Shown here piece by piece: positions 59,067 through 64,000 of a DNA stretch of 64,000 nt (positions are counted from its first letter, which is position 1; every line of letters starts with the position of its first letter). This stretch comes from Bdellovibrionales bacterium. GTDB taxonomy: Bacteria > Bdellovibrionota > Bdellovibrionia > Bdellovibrionales > UBA1609. Below the pieces are notes generated by a model. That model was not told the origin of the DNA. It saw nothing but the letters and a program-made list of their open reading frames with translations, and ran no database searches. Where the stretch lies: positions 128,001 through 192,000 of the forward strand of contig DAHVQG010000003.1 in assembly GCA_027317865.1 (NCBI GenBank). Direction: 5' to 3'. A program made the position numbers and the translations under genes.

Positions 59067-60941
59067 GTGTCGCCGAATCGCGGCTGGGTATTGATACTAA
59101 TTGGATTACTCATCAGTTCGTTTATCGGCGGTGCGATCCACGTCCTATTGTCGCCTGAACGAATCACCGAATTTGTCCACGATCTTGTCGATCAATACGA
59201 ACCTAAATTTACGATTCAATTTCAAAATGCCCGTTTGCGGTTGGCGGAGGGGTGGGAGCCTATCGTTGCCATTGAACTCGATAACGTCGACTTTAAAGCC
59301 AAAGATCCGTGTATTACGGGGTCAGAAATTTACGCCGATCACGTGATCGTACCTCTCCAAGTTATTCCGCTCATCGATAAGAAAGTTCGATTTGGCGATA
59401 TTTACGCCCACAATCTTAAGTTTCAGTGGCGGCCGCCGGAGTGCCGCAAACAAACCTTATCACAAAGCGTATCTGGACCGCATTCCGCGGATAAAAATGA
59501 GGATAAAATAGGTTTACTCGAGCGCTTCTTTCACGATCGTTGGAATTATGAAGTCGCCAATACCGAAGAATTACTTCACGGGTTTGACGTGGCCAAGTTT
59601 GAATTTTTGGTGGGCGGCAAAATTTCATATTTTAGCGCGAACGATTTCCGAGCCCATTTCGACACAGGTCGGCGTCAGGCAATCGTCCATGCAAACATTC
59701 GTCTCGGCCAACCGTGGGTGGGGGATGCTGGTTTCGGTGAATTTCGCATGACAGCTAAAATCAACGCGTCGAAAATTCGAGTCAGCGGAAATGGCAATCT
59801 TAAAGAAGGCCAAATCGCGGTAGATTCACAGTGGAATATCAGCACGGGCAATTTGAAACTACGAGGGAATTTTACCGATCTGCCGATTCAGCGGGTTCTC
59901 GTATTGGCGAATCACTGGGGAGTGTTGTCGGCGTTTCATCCCGAATTACACGATGAATGGCTGTCTTGCGATTTGTCGTATGACGGTGACATTCGTGCCT
60001 TGCCGAAGGGTAAATTACAAGATTCTCAATGCCGAATGTATGGTGATTTGGGCGATTGGTTTTTAAAAACTCCTACGGTACAAATACAAAAACCTTTTCC
60101 GGTGAAGTGGCATCTTGTCCATGTCGATGTGAAAAAATGGCTAGATGGGTTCGGTGTCGGTTCGACGTGGGGAGTTGTTGGGCGCTTCGGCGATTTCACC
60201 GGAAATTTGGGTTTAGCTGGGGCTGAAAAACTGCAAATTGACGGAAGTCTTACCGGCTTCTCGGCCTATGTCGTAAGTAAACGGAACCGTGCTAAATTGA
60301 AGGTCAAAAATGTAAATTTGAATACGAGGATTCAGCCAAATCAAATTTCAGGCGAGCTCGCCCACATGCAAATCGAAAACGGCGTAATAGGCGGTTTGTT
60401 GAATTTTACCTTTAATAGGGCCGGAACGGGGCAGATCAATTTTAACTTGAAGAATGTCCGTTTGCCGTTGACGGTTCAACAAGTACTTTGGAGCGGGCAC
60501 GCGGGTGCCACAGCTTTGGCGGGTACTTTGAAATTCAAAGGATTTCAAATGAATCAATTTGACGGCAACCTTGCCATTCAACAACTGTCGTTAAATCCAG
60601 CCGGAAAATGGGCGGCGCTTGCAACAAAACTTATTTCATTTGTTTCGCCGCTGAATAGTTTAACTAAAAATCTACCAGCCGGAATTGAGTGGAAGCACTT
60701 GCGGGCCCACATTTTATATCGTAACTCAATTGGCCACTGGCAACGATTTGAAGCCCACGCGGCGATACCAAACCGCTTTAATATTTTCACCGATTCAACG
60801 GGGGGCTGGTCAAATGCGGGCCAATTGACGGGCCGGATATTCATCAAGAGTTTCAATGACCGTTTTCGCGCAATAAGGTCGCGTGTTGTTTTGCTTAGCG
60901 GGAGTTGGCAAAATCCGCAGTTAATATTGCCGGCTCGGTAA
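59067..60941 (+). CDS. AsmA-like beta-rich envelope protein (tentative)
   Basis: N-terminal TM anchor, long amphipathic beta-strand character, C-terminal L.GSWQNP. Confidence 0.5.
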   Translation: MSPNRGWVLILIGLLISSFIGGAIHVLLSPERITEFVHDLVDQYEPKFTIQFQNARLRLAEGWEPIVAIELDNVDFKAKDPCITGSEIYADHVIVPLQVIPLIDKKVRFGDIYAHNLKFQWRPPECRKQTLSQSVSGPHSADKNEDKIGLLERFFHDRWNYEVANTEELLHGFDVAKFEFLVGGKISYFSANDFRAHFDTGRRQAIVHANIRLGQPWVGDAGFGEFRMTAKINASKIRVSGNGNLKEGQIAVDSQWNISTGNLKLRGNFTDLPIQRVLVLANHWGVLSAFHPELHDEWLSCDLSYDGDIRALPKGKLQDSQCRMYGDLGDWFLKTPTVQIQKPFPVKWHLVHVDVKKWLDGFGVGSTWGVVGRFGDFTGNLGLAGAEKLQIDGSLTGFSAYVVSKRNRAKLKVKNVNLNTRIQPNQISGELAHMQIENGVIGGLLNFTFNRAGTGQINFNLKNVRLPLTVQQVLWSGHAGATALAGTLKFKGFQMNQFDGNLAIQQLSLNPAGKWAALATKLISFVSPLNSLTKNLPAGIEWKHLRAHILYRNSIGHWQRFEAHAAIPNRFNIFTDSTGGWSNAGQLTGRIFIKSFNDRFRAIRSRVVLLSGSWQNPQLILPAR

Positions 60942-61919
60942 TATTCGGTCGAGCGCTTGGGTGGTCACTTTACCCAAAATATCTTGCAGCTTTTCGCCCA
61001 ATTTTTTCTTGGGCAGAATTTTGATCCCAAATATGCGGGCATTGTGACGCTGCTCAAAGAGATATTCATCGCTAGTTGCAATTTGATCAACCAGTTTCAA
61101 TTCGAGGGCTCGAATTCCAGGCCAAAATTCTCCGGTTGCGACTTTAGCTATGTCGACCTGCGGCCGGTGAGAAGTAACAAAATTTTTGAACAGGGTATGG
61201 GCGTCTTCAATTTGCTCGCGAAATTTTGCCCGGCCCTTGTCGGTAATTTCACCTAGCATGCTGACAGTGCGTTTGTATTCCCCTGAGGTGATTTCTTCAT
61301 AGTCGACGTCGTATTTTTTCAACAATCGGTGAACGTTTGGAACGGGCGCGACCACGCCGATTGAACCCATAATCGCGAAAGGTGCGGCCACAATTTTATC
61401 CGCCGTACACGCCATCATGTAGCCGCCGCTGGCCGCGATTTTATCAACGCAAACGGTGACCTTTAAGCCGGCATTTTTCAAACGCAAAATTTCAGCGGCG
61501 CCAAGTCCATATCCGTGAACGGTCCCGCCGGGACTTTCAACGCGTACAACAGCTTCATCGCCGGGTTTGGCGACAGTCAAAACAGCCGTGATTTCATCCC
61601 GAAGCTCTTTAACTTGAGACGCTTCCATATCCCCTTCGAAATCCAATACATAAATCTTTCGAAGTGGTTCATCGGCAGTTGCTTTTTTGCGTTCTTTTGC
61701 CGCTTTAACAAGTTTCTTAAGATCTTTTTTGTTCAGAACGACCGAACCCAGGTTCTGTTCGTAATCGTTGAGCTTTTCATTTACGTCTTCGATTTGAAAA
61801 TCAGGTTTCATTTTGGACCGCAATGCGAGTCCAAAGATGAGCATGATCAGACCCGCAATCGCGAGAAAAATAATGACGACTTTGCCAAAAAATAGTCCGA
61901 ACTCGATTAGATGGGCCAT
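60921..61919 (-). CDS. sohB: Protease SohB (S49)
   Basis: N-terminal TM, VESPGG.V.GYG, AASGGYMMAC, GSIGV, YKRT. Confidence 0.92.
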   Translation of the reverse strand: MAHLIEFGLFFGKVVIIFLAIAGLIMLIFGLALRSKMKPDFQIEDVNEKLNDYEQNLGSVVLNKKDLKKLVKAAKERKKATADEPLRKIYVLDFEGDMEASQVKELRDEITAVLTVAKPGDEAVVRVESPGGTVHGYGLGAAEILRLKNAGLKVTVCVDKIAASGGYMMACTADKIVAAPFAIMGSIGVVAPVPNVHRLLKKYDVDYEEITSGEYKRTVSMLGEITDKGRAKFREQIEDAHTLFKNFVTSHRPQVDIAKVATGEFWPGIRALELKLVDQIATSDEYLFEQRHNARIFGIKILPKKKLGEKLQDILGKVTTQALDRILPSRQY

Positions 61920-62066
61920 GTGAGGTTTACGCTCCTTAAAAACGTGAGCCTTTAAAACTAGACTTTGCCGGCCCAATTGTAAAGGGCTCGCCTTTGATAG
62001 AGTATGAGCGGCATGGAATTGTCGGAGGGGCCTAATTTCAGCGATAATAAGTCGAGGCGTTTGAAG

Positions 62067-62570
62067 ATGCGTATTACGCTCAACTTAATTAATCGACGGT
62101 TTGCTGTTCGGGCGATGCTTTTGTCATGGGTTGTCGTGTTGATCGCGACCGGTGGCCTTTCGCGTGCGGCGGTTCTCCACCCAACCGAATTGCCGGGCCC
62201 GATACAAGAACAATTGCACGTGCGGCTGAAGAGGTTAAAAGCGCGCATTCGTGATTTTTATCACCGTATGGCGCAAGAAAAGATCGCAAGGCGGCAGGAA
62301 GAAAAAGCCGCGCAACAAATGCGAATCGAGCGTAAGAAGATGCGGGTGCAATTTGTAAAAGCCCGCGAAGAATTCGTTGCTCAGCGAAAGCCCGAAATTA
62401 ATATTGGCCACGCCCAATGGTTAAGGATGCAAAAAAAGCAAAAATTGATTTACGACGAGCAACGCGAACAATATGTCGAAAGCCGCGAATTGTATCGCCG
62501 GTACGGCCGGCGAATGGGTCACATACCCGCCGACATCGAGTACGGAATTAATCCGAACGCCGAAAACTGA
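62067..62570 (+). CDS. Basic coiled-coil exported hypothetical protein
   Basis: Signal/TM segment then an R/K/E-rich helix; start uncertain (ORF open from 62004). Confidence 0.6.
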   Translation: MRITLNLINRRFAVRAMLLSWVVVLIATGGLSRAAVLHPTELPGPIQEQLHVRLKRLKARIRDFYHRMAQEKIARRQEEKAAQQMRIERKKMRVQFVKAREEFVAQRKPEINIGHAQWLRMQKKQKLIYDEQREQYVESRELYRRYGRRMGHIPADIEYGINPNAEN

Positions 62571-62576
62571 TTTCAG

Positions 62577-63350
62577 CTACCGAACTTCGGCACGAAGAAT
62601 TTCGTGCAGTTCAAGCCCGGTAATTCGGCGAAGGCTTCGAATCAAGTACCAAAGAACGCCGCCTGTGAAAAACATCATGGGGAATGCAATGATCAAATAT
62701 CCCTCCCACGTCATGCGCGCAATCTGAGCGTTGAGGATTGCATCTTGTTGCGACGTTGAAAGCAAAGGATTAATCGGCAGAAATACGTGCATTGCCAGAA
62801 AAAAATTGGCGGTGGCGCTGATAAAAAACGACAATGAAAAAAGATCGGTGGCGCGGATAAACAGCTTTTTTAATTCTAAATTGCCGGGTTGATTTGGCGA
62901 GGTTTGCCCGGCAATTGCCGCTTCAATTTTGCCTGTTTGAAAAACCTGGGCGTTCCAAAAGAGGCTGTAAAGAAAGGGCCGGCCGAGTCGATTGCCGAAA
63001 AAAATAGCAACCCCAATAATAGTCGGGAAAAAGGCTTCTTTAATCCAGAACCAGTGGCCGTGAAGTTTTAATAGCGCAAAACTGCCGGTGACCGAGATAT
63101 TTAAAAGTCCAATCAGCGAGATCCAATTCACTTTCTTTTGTTTGATAAAATCAAACAAACCGTAAAAAAACGGCAGCGAAATGGCGACTAAAAGAGCCAG
63201 CGTGGGGCCCCATTCGCCAAGGCGGGAGGGGACAATTTTGCGTCCCTGATTGAGGATGATAACCGGCAGTACGATGTTGAACAAAAGCATCCAAATCGGA
63301 TTTTGTGGTTTGCTCGCTGGGCTCGATTTATGTTGGATTTCGTCTGTCAA
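62577..63350 (-). CDS. VC0807/IspZ-like multi-pass membrane protein
   Basis: N.LFNI.LP.IIL, N.IS.IG, W..IKEA, SF..SA..NF pattern. Confidence 0.7.
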   Translation of the reverse strand: MTDEIQHKSSPASKPQNPIWMLLFNIVLPVIILNQGRKIVPSRLGEWGPTLALLVAISLPFFYGLFDFIKQKKVNWISLIGLLNISVTGSFALLKLHGHWFWIKEAFFPTIIGVAIFFGNRLGRPFLYSLFWNAQVFQTGKIEAAIAGQTSPNQPGNLELKKLFIRATDLFSLSFFISATANFFLAMHVFLPINPLLSTSQQDAILNAQIARMTWEGYLIIAFPMMFFTGGVLWYLIRSLRRITGLELHEILRAEVR

Positions 63351-63452
63351 AGTCTTCTCCGTGACCTACTTTTTCATTGTTTAGCTGTAGATTCAACATT
63401 CGTCTTGATAAACTCTGCGGCATCGGGCAGTTTCACGCCGAAGGGGCCTTAA

Positions 63453-64000
63453 ATGCCTGAACTTCCAGAAGTTGAAACCATTCGAACCGGACTCGCCGCA
63501 AGTTTATCGCGCGAATCACGGATTTGCTCGGTTCAAATACGCCGATCGAGTTTGCGTGTGCCGATTCCGCGTGAATTGGGCAGGTTGATTACGGGTAGCG
63601 AAGTGTACGCGGTTCGACGCCGGGCGAAGTTCTTACTTTTTGACATCGGTGATTACACGCTCATTTCACATCTCGGTATGAGCGGCTCGTGGCGGTTTAT
63701 TCAGGCCTCTAAAAATTCAGGTGACGAAAATCACGGTCGTTATTTGAAACATGATCATTTCAGTCTGCATTTTGCTGATGGGCGCGAGTTGGTATTGAAC
63801 GATCCGCGACGTTTCGGATTGCTTGATGTTGCCCCTCGAGGTCTAGAAACCCAAAACCGCTGGTTGAAAAATCTTGGACTGGAGCCTTTAGGCCGCGATT
63901 TCACCGCTCAACAATTACGATCTCGCGCCAGTCACCGCCAGGTCATGGTAAAAAATTTTTTAATGGATCAAAAAGTTGTTGTTGGAATCGGCAATATTTA
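63453..64000 (+). CDS. mutM: Formamidopyrimidine-DNA glycosylase (partial, runs off window end)
   Basis: Manual translation: MPELPEVET...RRAKFLL...HLGMSG...NDPRRFG...LMDQKVVVGIGNI. Confidence 0.95.
   Translation, partial: MPELPEVETIRTGLAASLSRESRICSVQIRRSSLRVPIPRELGRLITGSEVYAVRRRAKFLLFDIGDYTLISHLGMSGSWRFIQASKNSGDENHGRYLKHDHFSLHFADGRELVLNDPRRFGLLDVAPRGLETQNRWLKNLGLEPLGRDFTAQQLRSRASHRQVMVKNFLMDQKVVVGIGNI

Noticed and set aside
1-64000. Numerous 60-200 aa ORFs antisense to or nested in housekeeping genes; tRNA/rRNA, IS, prophage and defence systems
   Set aside because: The nested ORFs are shadow frames without motifs. No cloverleaf, transposase, integrase or recognisable defence gene was seen by eye.

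Overview
Gene-dense, about 48-50% GC (eyeballed) bacterial chromosome segment, most likely from a Bdellovibrionota (Bdellovibrionales-like) predator. Evidence: an FNNC-type lipobox, a REC-Hypr-GGDEF enzyme, an orphan FliG_C-like gene, and many signal-peptide orphans. The backbone is housekeeping: EamA, htpX-clpA-clpS, LysR, peptidoglycan recycling (ldcA, ampD-like, mpl), mutS-glnD, maeB, fadI-fadJ, proB-proA, mutS2-lnt, two two-component systems (one phoBR-like), rpmG, pdxJ, DHH nuclease, greA, sohB and a partial mutM. I saw no tRNA/rRNA, CRISPR array, transposase or prophage. Most notable: (1) a DUF3443 pepsin-like lipoprotein whose two blocks are swapped (circular permutation of the mature domain); (2) five unrelated signal-peptide proteins sharing a C-terminal C-[AE]-x-x-L motif, a candidate export or sorting tag; (3) a secreted, catalytically dead ClpA/B-D2-like AAA+ domain next to a permuted NlpC/P60 hydrolase, within a 7-kb island of exported proteins; (4) a Hypr-GGDEF (3',3'-cGAMP synthase signature); (5) a secreted protein with a Pro/Arg tail resembling proline-rich antimicrobial peptides; (6) a dispersed intergenic palindrome GYCTMA-N3-TKAGRC, apparently leaderless sigma54 genes, and a chain of TAATG-coupled mini-ORFs. 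All family calls come from motif recognition by eye, not from database searches.
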